Under the pieces are notes generated by a model. It saw only the letters and a list, made by a program, of their open reading frames with translations, made no database searches and was not told where the DNA came from. A program made the position numbers and the translations under genes. Positions 52,538 to 64,000 of a stretch of 64,000 bases of DNA are shown in pieces. Within the stretch, counting starts at the first letter, position 1, and each line of letters starts with the position of its first letter. The DNA comes from Octopus vulgaris (lineage: Eukaryota), in assembly GCA_951406725.2 (NCBI GenBank), contig OX597818.1:36084001-36148000 (forward strand), read 5' to 3'.

Positions 52538-52792
52538 ACACCCTAGTCATAACACCAAGAAATTCTAACTTGTCTGTTGAGGTTTCTGGGTGAGACTTGG
52601 CGCCAAATTGTAAAAATGCAAAACAAAAGTCAAACATAGTAATAATAATAATAATAATAATTAATTCTTTTTAATTATTATTACCATTATTATGTTTGAC
52701 TTTTGTTTTGCATTTTTACAATTTGGCGCCAAGTCTCACCCAGAAACCTCAACAGACAAGTTAGAATTTCTTGGTGTTATGACTAGGGTGTC
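52538..52792. repeat. Perfect ~100-bp inverted duplication of an R4/Dong 3' end, tail to tail around (TAA)n
   Basis: GACACCCTAGTCATAACACC..AAAAGTCAAACATA / TATGTTTGACTTTT..GGTGTTATGACTAGGGTGTC. Confidence 0.88.
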
Positions 52793-53138
52793 TATTATAA
52801 TAAGTATTGAGGCAACTCTTTCCTGAAGATATAGAGTCAAAATTAAAAGAAGAGTGCCATTGTTATCTAGTGAACGATATTTTGACATCTCGTGTGTCTT
52901 CAACTGGTTCAAAATCTAAATTTGTCAATTTACTTCATTTTGGTTAATATAGAAAGGATTGAGGTAACTCCTCCTGAAGATATAGAGTCAAAATTAAAGA
53001 CTCTATATCTTCAAGAGGAAATCCTTTCTATATTAACCAAAATGAAGTAGATTGGCAAATATATTTTTTGTACCAGTTGAAGACACACAAGATGTCAAAA
53101 TATCGTTCACTAGATAACAATAGCACTCTTCTTTTAAT

Positions 53139-53233
<95 letters not shown>

Positions 53234-53237
53234 TAAC

Positions 53238-53305
<68 letters not shown>

Positions 53306-53345
53306 CAATAATAATAATAATAACAACAACAACAACAACAACAGC

Positions 53346-53406
<61 letters not shown>

Positions 53407-53431
53407 CAATACGGCAATAAAGCAATACGGT

Positions 53432-53757
53432 AGACAATTACAGGCCGGTATCCTGCTTGCCACTTATGTGGAAGTTACTGACTGGAATAGTTGCAGAGTC
53501 AATGTACGGACATCTGGAAAAACATAGAGTTCTGCCACATTAGCAGAAGGGGTGCAAGCGTAAGTGTAGAGGTACCAAGTATCAAATCCTGGTAGACAAA
53601 ACTGTACTTAGAGACCACAAGAGGAGGGAAAGTAACTTAGACATGTCATGGATCGATTATCGTAAGGCGTACGATATGATCCCACATTCTTGGTTTATGG
53701 AATGTATGAATCTATGTATTTTTGCATCGAATGTTGAGCGATTGCTTGGAAAAAGAC
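53432..53757 (+). pseudogene. Second R4/Dong-type RT fragment
   Basis: [55 protein letters not shown]; begins right after a long (TAA)n. Confidence 0.82.
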
Positions 53758-53769
53758 AAACGAAATACC

Positions 53770-54370
53770 TATTTCTTTACTACCCACAGAGAGGACAAAC
53801 AAGGACAGACAAACGGATTAAGTCGATTATATAGAACCCAGTGCGTAACTGGTACTTATTTATCGACCCCGAAAGGATGAAAGACAAAGACGACCTCGGC
53901 GGAATTTGAACTCAGAACGTAACGGCAGACGAAATACCGCTAAGCATTTCGCCCAGCGTGCTAACGATTTTGCCAGTTCATTGCCTTACTTTTCGGTAAT
54001 AATAATAATAGCCCTTTCTACAATAGGCACAAGGCCTGAAATTTGGGGGAAGAGGAGGGCCAGTCAATCATGTCAACGTCAGTGTGTAACTCATTTTATT
54101 GACCTCAAAAAGGCAAAATCGACCTCGGCTGGATTTGAACTCAGAGCGTAAAGACGGACGAAATGCCCCAACAATTCTACCAGCTCGCCGCGTTATTTTT
54201 CGGTAATAATAATCCTTTCTACAATAGGCAGAAGGCCTGGGTTTTTGTGGGGAGGGGACAGTCGAACACATCGACCCCAGTACTTGACTGGTACTTAATT
54301 TATCGACCCCAAAAGGGTGAAAGGCACAGCCGACCTCGACGGTATTTGAACTCAGAACGTAAAGACGGAC
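53770..54370 (-). mobile_element. Three consecutive family-B SINE copies
   Basis: Repeated ATCGACCCC..GACCTCGGCGGAATTTGAACTCAGA blocks at ~53770, ~54012 and ~54213. Confidence 0.75.
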
Positions 54371-54459
54371 CAAATTTCAACTTTACCGTTCATTTTCTCA
54401 AGGTCAATAAAATAAGAACCAGTCAAGAACAATTTTTTTATTCTTTTCTTTTTTCTTTT

Positions 54460-54856
54460 ATTCTTTCCTTTGATTGTGGCCATGCTGGAGCACCGATTTC
54501 AAAGGATTTTAGGCGAATGAATCGGCCCCCAAGGAGTCGTATTTTAAGCTTAGTATTTACTCTATCGGTCTCTTTTTCCGTACCGCTAAGTTATGGGAAC
54601 GTAAACACACCAACACCGGTTGGCAACCGGTGACAGAGGAACAAACAGTAATACACACACTCACACACGCGCGCACACACACATACACACATATATATTC
54701 GACAGGCTTCTTCCAGTTTCCGTCTACCAAATCCACTCACAGGGCTTTGCTCGCCTCGAGACGATAGTAGAAATCAATTGCTCAAGGTGCCACGCAATGG
54801 GACTGAACCCGGGACTATGTGGTTGGGAAGCAATATTCTTACTAAACAGCTACGCA
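54460..54856 (-). mobile_element. Diverged SINE family A
   Basis: CAGTTTCCGTCTACCAAATCCACTCACA..GGGACTGAACCCGG. Confidence 0.75.
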
Positions 54857-54913
54857 TAATAATAATAATGATAATAATAATGATAATAACAATAATAATA
54901 ATCATCATCATCA

Positions 54914-54974
<61 letters not shown>

Positions 54975-54982
54975 CATTAATC

Positions 54983-55180
54983 TAGCAGAATCGTTAGCAC
55001 GCTGGACGAAATGCTTAGCGGTATTTCGCCCGTCGCTACGTTCTGAGTTCAAATTCCGCCGCGGTCGACTTTGCCTTTCATCTTTTCAGGATCGATAAAT
55101 TAAGTACCAATGAAATACTGGGATCGATGTAATCGAGTCATCCCCTCGCCACGATGTGCAGCTCTTGAGGCAATATTTGA
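54983..55180 (+). mobile_element. SINE family B
   Basis: GCAGAATCGTTAGCACG..GAGTTCAAATTCCGCCG.GGTCGACTTTGCCTTTCATC. Confidence 0.78.
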
Positions 55181-55213
55181 AACCATTATTATTATCATTA
55201 TTATTATTATTAT

Positions 55214-55716
55214 TGAGTGAGAGAGCAGTGCATGCCATCAAAGTGACACTGGAGTAAAATATACGAAGCCCAATATACCCATCATGACTACCCGTCTGAT
55301 AAGGGTACACCAGGCACATGTATCACAACCATATGTGCGCGACATGGTGATCTCATATCAAGATAAACAGCACATGACCTTGCAGGTGGGGCCCAGTTAG
55401 AATTTTCTTCAGGTTGAGTAGCCCATCCCGCTCAAAAGGTCCCTGAATAAGGGTTGTTTAAGGATGTTGAAAGAACCACCCATGTTTCCAGAGGTGAATT
55501 ATTCAAACCCCAAAGAATCCCTCTCAATACATGGCTATGATGCTTCCCCACTACTTCTGCTCGTGATCAGAGATGCACATATCGTCAGCCACTAAGGGAC
55601 ATGCTCAACTGGTTAAGGTCAAACAACTGACAAGCAAATCTGTGGTATTGAGCAGAATATTTGCTGTAGCCCATCTTTTATACCAAGACAAAACAATGTA
55701 CATGATAACACTTCCA

Positions 55717-55718
<2 letters not shown>
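55214..55718 (-). mobile_element. (TAA)n-embedded element, copy 3 (truncated)
   Basis: Homologous to 2155-2660; ends at ACACTTCCAA and runs into (TTA)n. Confidence 0.8.
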
Positions 55719-55793
<75 letters not shown>

Positions 55794-55816
55794 TTATTTC
55801 CTTGTTATGAACATAA

Positions 55817-56222
55817 GGTGCAGGAGTGGCTGTGTGGTAAGTAGCTTGCTAACCAGCCATATGGTTCCGGGTTCAGTACCACTGCGTGGCATCTTGGGCA
55901 AGTGTCTTCTGCTATAGCCCCGGGCCGACCAATGTCTTGTGAGTGGATTTGGTAGACGGAAACTGAAGAAGCCTGTCGTATATATGTATATATATATATA
56001 TATGTGTGTGTGTGTTTGTGTGTGTGTGTTTGTCACCCTAGCATTGCTTGACAACCGATGCTGGTGTGTTTACGTCCCCGTCACCTAGCGGTTCAGCAAA
56101 GGAGACCGATGGAATAAGTACTGGGCCTACAAAGAATAAGTCCCGGGGTCGATTTGCTCGACTAAAGGCGGTGCTCCAGCATGGCCGCAGTCAAATGACT
56201 GAAACAAGTATAAAAGAGTAAA
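55817..56222 (+). mobile_element. SINE family A
   Basis: Full-length homologue. Confidence 0.85.
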
Positions 56223-56490
56223 TAGTATAAGGATTCATATATATGAATGCACGCTAAAATGAAAGTAGGCTTATGCTCTTTGCGTGCGCGCGTGCACACG
56301 TGCGTGTGTATGTGTGTGTGTTTGTGTATGATATGTCTACAAGGAAACGTGTTGAAGAGCTTCGGATTAAAGTATGCGAGTATGTATGTCAGCCTCCCAA
56401 GGGAAAGTGACCTGAACGCTTGAATCAATAGTGAGAAAACGAACAGCTGTAATCATGAATAGGTGAAGTGTAAATTATGAATGAAAGACC

Positions 56491-56545
56491 GACTCATGAG
56501 TCTGGCATGACGTCACTTAGAGAAGCGGAGTTTTCCGATGGCAAC
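56491..56545. promoter_or_regulatory. Candidate cis-regulatory cluster (AP-1-like palindrome, CRE, X-box-like)
   Basis: GACTCATGAGTC (56491-56502), TGACGTCA (56508-56515) and GTTTTCCGATGGCAAC (56530-56545) within 55 bp of non-repeat DNA. Confidence 0.35.
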
Positions 56546-57160
56546 GTCGACGATTCCCTCTCCCTCCCTCCCTCTCTCTCTCTCTCTCTCTCTGCTTGCT
56601 TTTATGTGTATGAATGGTTATTAGTGCGTGTGTATGCGTAGCAGTCTGTTACATTCTTTGGCCGTACGTTCAAGGTGCAAGAATTTGAAGTATAAGATAT
56701 GTGAATGCGTTGCTAAATATACCTGATTGCAAAGTAGTTTTACTTGACATGTTGCAATAAACTACTGTGTGTGTGCGTGTGTGCGCGTGCGCGTTGGGGC
56801 GCGTATGTGTGCGTGTACAGGATATATACGATAGATACAGTAGCACACATTCACATTCATACTGACACAAATCTCTAAGAATCAATCAGTTACGCTCTCC
56901 CCATCATTCCCTTTCTCCCCCGTTCTCTCTCTCCCTTTCTCTCTCTCTCTCTCTCTCCCTCCCTCCCTCTGTATATATATATTTATATATATATATAATC
57001 AGCCGAAATTGCGATGATAATCTGGTGCTTGACTGAGGAAAGAAAACTTCGAATGACCCGTCCTTGTTTTCTTTGTTTCATCTACCTGGAATGTTTTGTT
57101 ATCCCTTTTTGTATCACCTAGCTATCCGGATGCTTTGCGTTCTTGTCCCATTTTGTATTT

Positions 57161-57268
<108 letters not shown>

Positions 57269-57289
57269 CATATATATATACGTATGTAT

Positions 57290-57960
57290 GTAAGATGCGA
57301 TGGCTAAATTGTCGCCATTTTATATTTTCAATTTTGTGCATGCTTTTGTTTCTGTCGACTACAACGTATAGTAGGGTCAGTTGGGTACCGCCTGTGAGAA
57401 AAACAGCACCATGATGCAATTCACTCCGTTAGGAATTTGGAAACGACATGCTGTACTACTTGGCATTCGCGTTAGAAGTTCCAATACGAACATTTCAGAG
57501 TGCTCGGGTGTCGATCTGAGGACAGTGCAGTCTGAGGACATATAGCGAGAGTGATAAAAATCAAACATCCAGTCAACATCATGGTGTCTGGAGTGATCAG
57601 TAGTGATAGCGACGTTATGCCTCCATTCATCTTCCTACACGGCCTCAGACTCAACACGGAGGTCAACATCACATGTCTGGAGAAGGTAGTGCTGTCCTGG
57701 GTCAAGAAGGTGGCTGCTGGAAGACCTTATGTCTGGCAACACGACTTTGCACCATGCCACACAAGCAGGAGAATCTAGTTATGGCTGTCAGACAATTTCT
57801 GCAACCATATCACCTCTAACATCTGGCCCCCTACCTCCCCAGATTGTAACCTCCTTGATTATTACGTGTGGGGTACAGTTGAGCGAGTGACCAACAAAAC
57901 TCCTTGAAAACACCAAAGATGAACTGAAGTATTATCGCAGCATTCACTAACTTAAGAAGA
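57290..57960 (+). pseudogene. Internally deleted Tc1/mariner-superfamily (maT/DD37D-like) transposase
   Basis: KHPVNIMVSGVISSD..PPFIF..YVWQHDFAPCHTSR, then WPPTSPDCNLLDYYVWG after a stop. Confidence 0.75.
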
Positions 57961-58335
57961 GGACCTTTTGTTATTCGTTCTGAATGTCGACAATGATATC
58001 AACCTGGCGACTTCTAGTGAGTTTCTTGCCCAAAACGAGATCCGCTCTATTCGCCAGATGTAGTACCGGCGGACTTCCATCTCTTCTCCAAGATCAAAAT
58101 TCAGCTCAAAAGTCCTCATGTTGATATCATTGTCGACATTCAGAACGAATCACAGAAGGTCCTCGACTCACTGAAAACGACTTCGGATTCCAAAAGTAGC
58201 AGGAATGCTGAGACCGGTGTATTGTTATGTAAGGTAAATCTTTCGAAGGAGAGTGACGTTAAAATTTAGATAAATGAGTTATTTTTTATTAAACATAACT
58301 AGTCCGTGAACTTTTTGATACCACAGCAGTGTATG
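57959..58335 (+). pseudogene. Mariner transposase C-terminal remnant with an inverted duplication
   Basis: PLYSPDVVPADFHLFSKIK at ~58042-58100; 57959-58005 is the reverse complement of ~58119-58163. Confidence 0.65.
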
Positions 58336-58700
58336 ACAACATCCGATAGTCTGGCCTATACAGTGACGTATACGTACGCATGTCTGGATATGCAACATTA
58401 AATATGAGGATAAATGCAGCAAATATAAAACACAGAATTACTTATACAAAAACTCCAAATACTTACACATACACACATATGCATGCAGAACTAATTTACT
58501 GATGCTTTTGAAATTCCAGCGAAGGAGGCTTGGATGTAGATCAGAAACCAGCTGTTTCTCCATTGTCGAGAAATTTAGATATTAAACTAAGCAGTGACCT
58601 ATTGGAATTAGCCAGAAATTCGGCAGCAAGAATTCTCAATAATTAATAAAACTGATCATCCATTAACTATGCCTTTTATGCAAAACACAAACTATGTATG

Positions 58701-58732
<32 letters not shown>

Positions 58733-58813
58733 CAGAAACACACATATGTATGTATATTTATAAATACGTGGTTGCTTAAATATAGGGATATAGGTTTGTA
58801 GACACACGTGTAC

Positions 58814-58876
<63 letters not shown>

Positions 58877-59327
58877 GTACATATATATAAACATATATAT
58901 ATTTGTATGTATGTATGTATATCCACTATGTACGTCCAATTGATTTTTGCTGCATTTCACTTTGTTGTTTTGTTCTTGGATTTAGTTTATATGCATCCAT
59001 CCATCCATCCATAATACATATCTATATGTCTGTGTGAGTGTCTGTATATGTGTGTACATATTTACGCACGTGCGCATATATATATGTGTGCGTGCGCGCG
59101 TGTGCGAGTGTAATACAAGTGTGCATGTGTGTATGCAACCTGTGTTCCTCATGATACCGAGATGAATTATTTGTAATTTTCTTTCCAATCGTAAAGACGA
59201 AATTGTACTCCGGTGAATCAGGTTACAATTTAGATACATACATTCATACACGCACATGCGGTCATACATACATACATACATACATACATACATACATACA
59301 TACATACATACATACATACATACATAC

Positions 59328-60050
59328 TGTAGTAATCCAACGTCAGACAGTTATAAAGTCCCAGTATAGGAGTATAGTCAGTTAGACAAATAAGACACGA
59401 CTATCTATGACCGATTACACCGACTGCTCGACGTCTCGGTTTTTGTAACGACCCCACATACCACTCGTTACGTGGGAAAGGTGTTCCATTACTACTTTTA
59501 TCCCCATAACATCTCCCTTTTTTTCTTAGGAGCTGTAATTTTATTTCTTTTTATAAGCAATAATTTTTAGTTCACCACACCTCCATTTTTTTAGTTTTTT
59601 CATACAATTACACGTTTAATATTCTTTTTGTTTGGTATACACTTCCAGGAACTCCGTACATTTTCTTTTTCTTTCGCTTCTGCGTCTGGGTTCAATTATT
59701 TGTAGCGGTGTTGGCATTTGAAAAGTACCATATAACCATTCCATTGTTTTTTTCCATTCCCTTGGGTTCGCGAATTTTTTTTAGTTGGTTCATGTGTCTC
59801 TTGTATACCTTTTTCTTTCTTTTACCAAGTATAGCATTTTGCCCTTGCGTTCGGTAATCACACCATCTTCGCAACTTCGTTTTTCTAACAAATATGTTTT
59901 CACCAATTTTGAAATACCTTGCTATATTATACCTTGCAACATCTCTTTTTAAGATAAGGTCGAAAATTTATTTTTACCGCTATTCGCTGGTGCCTCCGGG
60001 TAAAATAATTTGACGAAAATACAGCTAGGGACGTGACGAAAGTCATCCTA
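59328..60050 (-). mobile_element. 3' end of a Gypsy-type LTR retrotransposon (integrase tail, PPT, LTR 59328-59511)
   Basis: Reverse strand: FKIGENIFVR.. and VYKRHMNQLK (integrase C-terminal RH.NQL motif), polypurine tract AAGAAAAAAAGGGAGA immediately followed by TGTTATGG..ACTACA. Confidence 0.62.
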
Positions 60051-60338
60051 AAATTGGAGCGACATGCGTGCTAATTTGTGGACGTGCATAAACTACATTC
60101 ACGCACACACACACATCCTGCCTTTTATATATATATATATATATACAGATTAAAAAAGTATGGAAGACCCTACATACAAAACCTATGTCCATTTACGTCT
60201 AATTACGTGGGAGTTCTTGGCAAAATGTTATAGTGCATGACTATCCTTGGTACATAACTTATGCGTGTGTAACATTTGGAGAAAATCAGTTGAGAATTGT
60301 GGAAATGTATGCGCTAGTCATTATACACGCACATACTG

Positions 60339-60376
<38 letters not shown>

Positions 60377-60378
<2 letters not shown>

Positions 60379-60585
60379 CGGGAAGCTTTATGAAAATAGA
60401 CAAAAGACGAAGGCAGGTGCAAAACAAACGAACAATTGTATTAGTATGGCGCTCAGCAAATATAAATAAAACAAGTCTTTAACGTTTCGAGCCTACGCTC
60501 TTCAACAGAAAGATACACAGAGAGAAAAAAAACACAGAAAGAAGGAGAGAAAAAAAATGCGTGCAGTAGCTAACGAATCAACATG
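60377..60585 (-). mobile_element. H1 hammerhead-bearing element next to (TA)n
   Basis: Reverse complement of 60476-60513: TCTTT-CTGTTGA-A-GAGC-gtag-GCTC-GAAACGT-T-AAAGA; close homologue of 24265-24472. Confidence 0.7.
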
Positions 60586-61208
60586 CAGAAAATACTTGGT
60601 AATGACATTTATGTTAGCTGTCCTAGTCAAGTCTTGCTAAACTGATTGCCTTTTCTTTTCTGCTTTAATCTATACCAACTGACTCAATGTGAAGACACTT
60701 CCAGTCTCTTTAGAAAATGTAATCACAAACTCAAATCTTCAACTGCAGTTCAAATTGGAATTTTAGGGCATACTAGTTTGAACACTCAGAGCGCGTACTT
60801 ATTAATTTGAGTCACCCTGACGAAAACTCCTAGTATCTTTCATATACATGTGAAACATGGAATCGTTCATATAAAGAAGATATCTAAATTACCTACCTGA
60901 AGGAGCGCAACAGGCGCATATATTTTCTGGTGCTTATGTATAAGTGTTTCTGTGTGTGTGTGTGTGTGTGTTTGGGAGAGAGAGAGAGAGAAGGAGAGGG
61001 AGAGAGAGGGAGAAGGAGGGAGAGGGAGAGGGAGGGAGGGAGTGAGAGAGAGAGAGGGAGAGGGAGTGAGAGAGAGAAATACAGAGCAACTACTCAGAAC
61101 TACTGTGACTAAGAACAAAAATTATGGCGTACGGCCAGTCAGTAAGTGCTAATCTATTAGATATGGTTTTGTAATTTCAGTTACAAACTTTTCTGACACA
61201 TACAACTA

Positions 61209-61285
<77 letters not shown>

Positions 61286-61286
<1 letters not shown>

Positions 61287-61420
61287 TAGCAGAGATACCC
61301 GGCGTTGCCCGGTTACATTCAATTGAAGAATTAGACTGTTATATATTCTGAATGAACTGGAATATCTACGTTTCGAATTTCATCAAAATTGCAGATGAGG
61401 GTTATTTCCCTCTTTACACA
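61286..61420 (-). mobile_element. Helitron 3' end
   Basis: Reverse strand CCGGGCAACGCCGGG hairpin followed by TATCTCTG-CTAG|T, similar to the 17317 end; the 5' limit could not be determined. Confidence 0.55.
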
Positions 61421-62319
61421 CCCTAAAAAAATTGTAATCGTGCCACACGGAAACCAAAAGACGAATGATCACAATAAGCAGTCAGTAACCCTACCCTAGT
61501 CGTTACCACTCCCAATGTAGGATTCCTCACCATCCAGGTGACAGGCACAGCCGTAAGATGCATTACGAATCTATAGCAATTGGAAGGGCGTGACCCAACT
61601 GAAATCAACATTAACAACTGTGTGACGTGAGGGCTTAGGAGAAATTAAAGTGTCACATCTGGAGTTTGCAAATGACCACTATACTGATACGTAACTGGAC
61701 AGAATGAATTTAAAATCTATAAATGTCTTTGAATAACCAGTCACTCATCTGGGAATCAATGTTACCACCAGGGGACTATGTGTGACCGAGTGATAATAAA
61801 AAGACTGAAAGGAGGCCTGTAATCAAATAACTTTACTCAACACTTTGCAACTGAATCAGTGGAGACAAAGATGCCTCTCATTTACTTCACAATTTATGCA
61901 CTACATTGCAGAAATCACAATCTAAGTGTATGTCAAAGCAAACTGTTACACTGTTGCACCATTGAATTAGAAGTAATGCCCAACTTTTATGCTCGGGTAA
62001 CCCTACAGCTTCCAAGAGCACAACTGTATTCGTTTTTGCTTAGATAAAATGACAAAATTGTGGGTGTTAAGTCCCCATGGAGGGGTCTTTCTAACTTTGT
62101 AAGAAGATGAAATTTTATAAATATTACTTCATTTGTGTCTAATATCTATGGTTAAAATTTCATCAACAGCAAAAATATATGAATTGTCATGGAGGGTATG
62201 GCCCTTATGCTTAGAATATAATTTCCAAATTTCATAAAGATCCATTCAGTACTTTTGACCTAGTTTTGGATCATAAAAGAAATGACTAAAATTTGGGAGT
62301 TAAGGCTCCCATTAGGGTG

Positions 62320-62397
<78 letters not shown>

Positions 62398-62711
62398 CAG
62401 GAGTGGCTGTGTGGTAAGTAGCTTGCTAACCAGCCACATGGTTCTGGGTTCAGTCCCACTGCGTGGCATCTTGGGTAAGTGTCTTCTGCTATAGCCCCGG
62501 GCCGACCAATGCCTTGTGAGTGGATTTGGTAGACAGAAACTGAAAGAAGCCTGTCGTATATATGTATATATATATAACTGTGTGTGTATATGTTTGTGTG
62601 TCTGTGTTTGTCCCCCTAGCATTGCTTGACAACCGATGCTGGTGTGTTTACGTCCCCGTCACTTAGCGGTTCGGCAAAAGAGACCGATAGAATAAGTACT
62701 GGGCTTACAAA
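62398..62711 (+). mobile_element. SINE family A, 3'-truncated at the RTE junction
   Basis: Homologous to the 55817 copy up to GGGCTTACAAA. Confidence 0.82.
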
Positions 62712-64000
62712 TGAAAGATATTTAGGCGACGTATGGCGTCGTATGGCGTGTGTATGGCGTCCAAGTCTCACTTCCATACAGTAGAATGTTAAGTACGCAT
62801 GCCTGGTAAATCTTCATTTTTGTGGTCTTGGTCAGCTTATTGTTGTCCCATGCCCGTTTGGAGAGTTAGGCCATTACAGCAGCTGCCTTGCCAATGCGTA
62901 TATTGAGCTCTGTATCAAGGGATAGGTTGTAGGTGACGGTAGATCCAAGATAGGTAAACTTCTCCACCTCCTGTAGTCTGGTCTCCAATATGTATGTTTG
63001 GGATGGTCGATGTAGCCTGACCCATGATGTTGGTCTTCTTGAGGCTGATAAATAAGCCAAAGTTGCCACATGCTTGCTCAAAACAGTTGATGAGCCTTTG
63101 TAGGGCTTCTTCTGTGTGTGATACCAGAGCGGCATCATCAGCAAATAGCATCTCCTTGATCAGGACGCTTTTGATTTTGGTCTTGGCACGCAGACGCGAG
63201 AGATTGAACAGTTTTCCATCACTTTTACTGTGCAGAAACACTCCATCATCATATGTCACAAAGGCATGTGACAGCAGCAGCGAGAAGAAGATGCCAAATA
63301 ATGTAGGAGCAAGGATACAACCTTGCTTTACTCCATTTTTTATTTGGAAGGCGGCTGATGTTGAACCATTGTGCTGAATGGTGCCTTGCATATCATCATG
63401 GAAAGATGTGATGATCCTCAGCAGATTTGGTGGACATCCGATTTTTTGGAGCAGGATGAAGAGGCCTTTTCTACTTACCAAGTCATAGGCCTTTGTCAGA
63501 TCAATGAAGGCCATATATAATGGCATTTTCTGCTCTCTGGACATCTGAAGTTGGCGTATGGAGAATATCATGTGAATAGTTGATCTGCTTCTTCTAAAGC
63601 CACACTGCGATTCTGGATAAATTCGAGAAGCCAGCAGGTGCAGCCTGGACAGGATAATGCAAGCAGAAGCCTTTCCAACAGTGCTTAGAAGAGATATTCC
63701 ACGGTAATTGTTACAATCACCACGTTCACCTTTGTTTTTGTAAAGCGTAATGATGTTACCATCCCGCATATCCTGAGGGACTGTACCCTCTTCCCAGCAC
63801 TGACACTGAAGCTTATGAATGTGCCGAAGCAGGATGGTGTTTTTGCCGGTTTTGATGATCTCTAAGGGGATGCCGTCTTTTCCCGGAGTTACTTGCTAGG
63901 GAGTCAATAGCCTTGGTGAGCTCTGCTATAGATGGCAGACTGTCAAGTTCACACATGACTGGCAAGATCTAGACACCCTCGATTGCAGACTCAGCTACCG
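62712..64000 (-). pseudogene. RTE/BovB-like LINE reverse transcriptase, frameshifted, continues beyond the window
   Basis: ORF 62915-63769: LYKNKGERGDCNNYRGISLLS, YPESQCGFR, AFIDLTKAYD, GVKQGCILAPTLF, LFADDAAL; it continues in another frame as VEKFTYLGS..RIGKA. Confidence 0.92.

Overview
This is eukaryotic, AT-rich, extremely microsatellite-dense intergenic or intronic DNA. It most likely comes from an octopus or other coleoid cephalopod, which I infer from the tRNA-derived SINE families and the density of (TA)n/(TAA)n/(ATAG)n/(CA)n repeats; this was not verified by search. No host protein-coding gene can be supported with confidence, and almost all ORFs in the track are translations of simple repeats or SINEs. 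Recognisable content: two R4/Dong-type RT fragments; an RTE/BovB-like RT at the right edge and an RTE 3' fragment; a decayed CR1/Jockey-group RT; decayed mariner (DD34D), Tc1 (DD34E) and maT-like (DD37D) transposases; nested hAT elements; Helitron remnants; a Gypsy-type 3' end with PPT and LTR; a TTAGGG-containing MITE; about 30 SINE copies of 3-4 families; and three copies of a ~550-bp element embedded in (TAA)n. The most interesting signal is a recurrent class of short non-coding elements in or next to (TA)n tracts that carry type-I hammerhead-ribozyme motifs. At least six unrelated sequence families are involved, and many are arranged as fold-back inverted repeats with a hammerhead in each arm. 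One hammerhead (42359-42419, minus strand) has a fully intact catalytic core. These are consistent with Penelope-like-element termini or non-autonomous retrozyme-like derivatives. All structures were read by eye and coordinates of decayed repeats are approximate.
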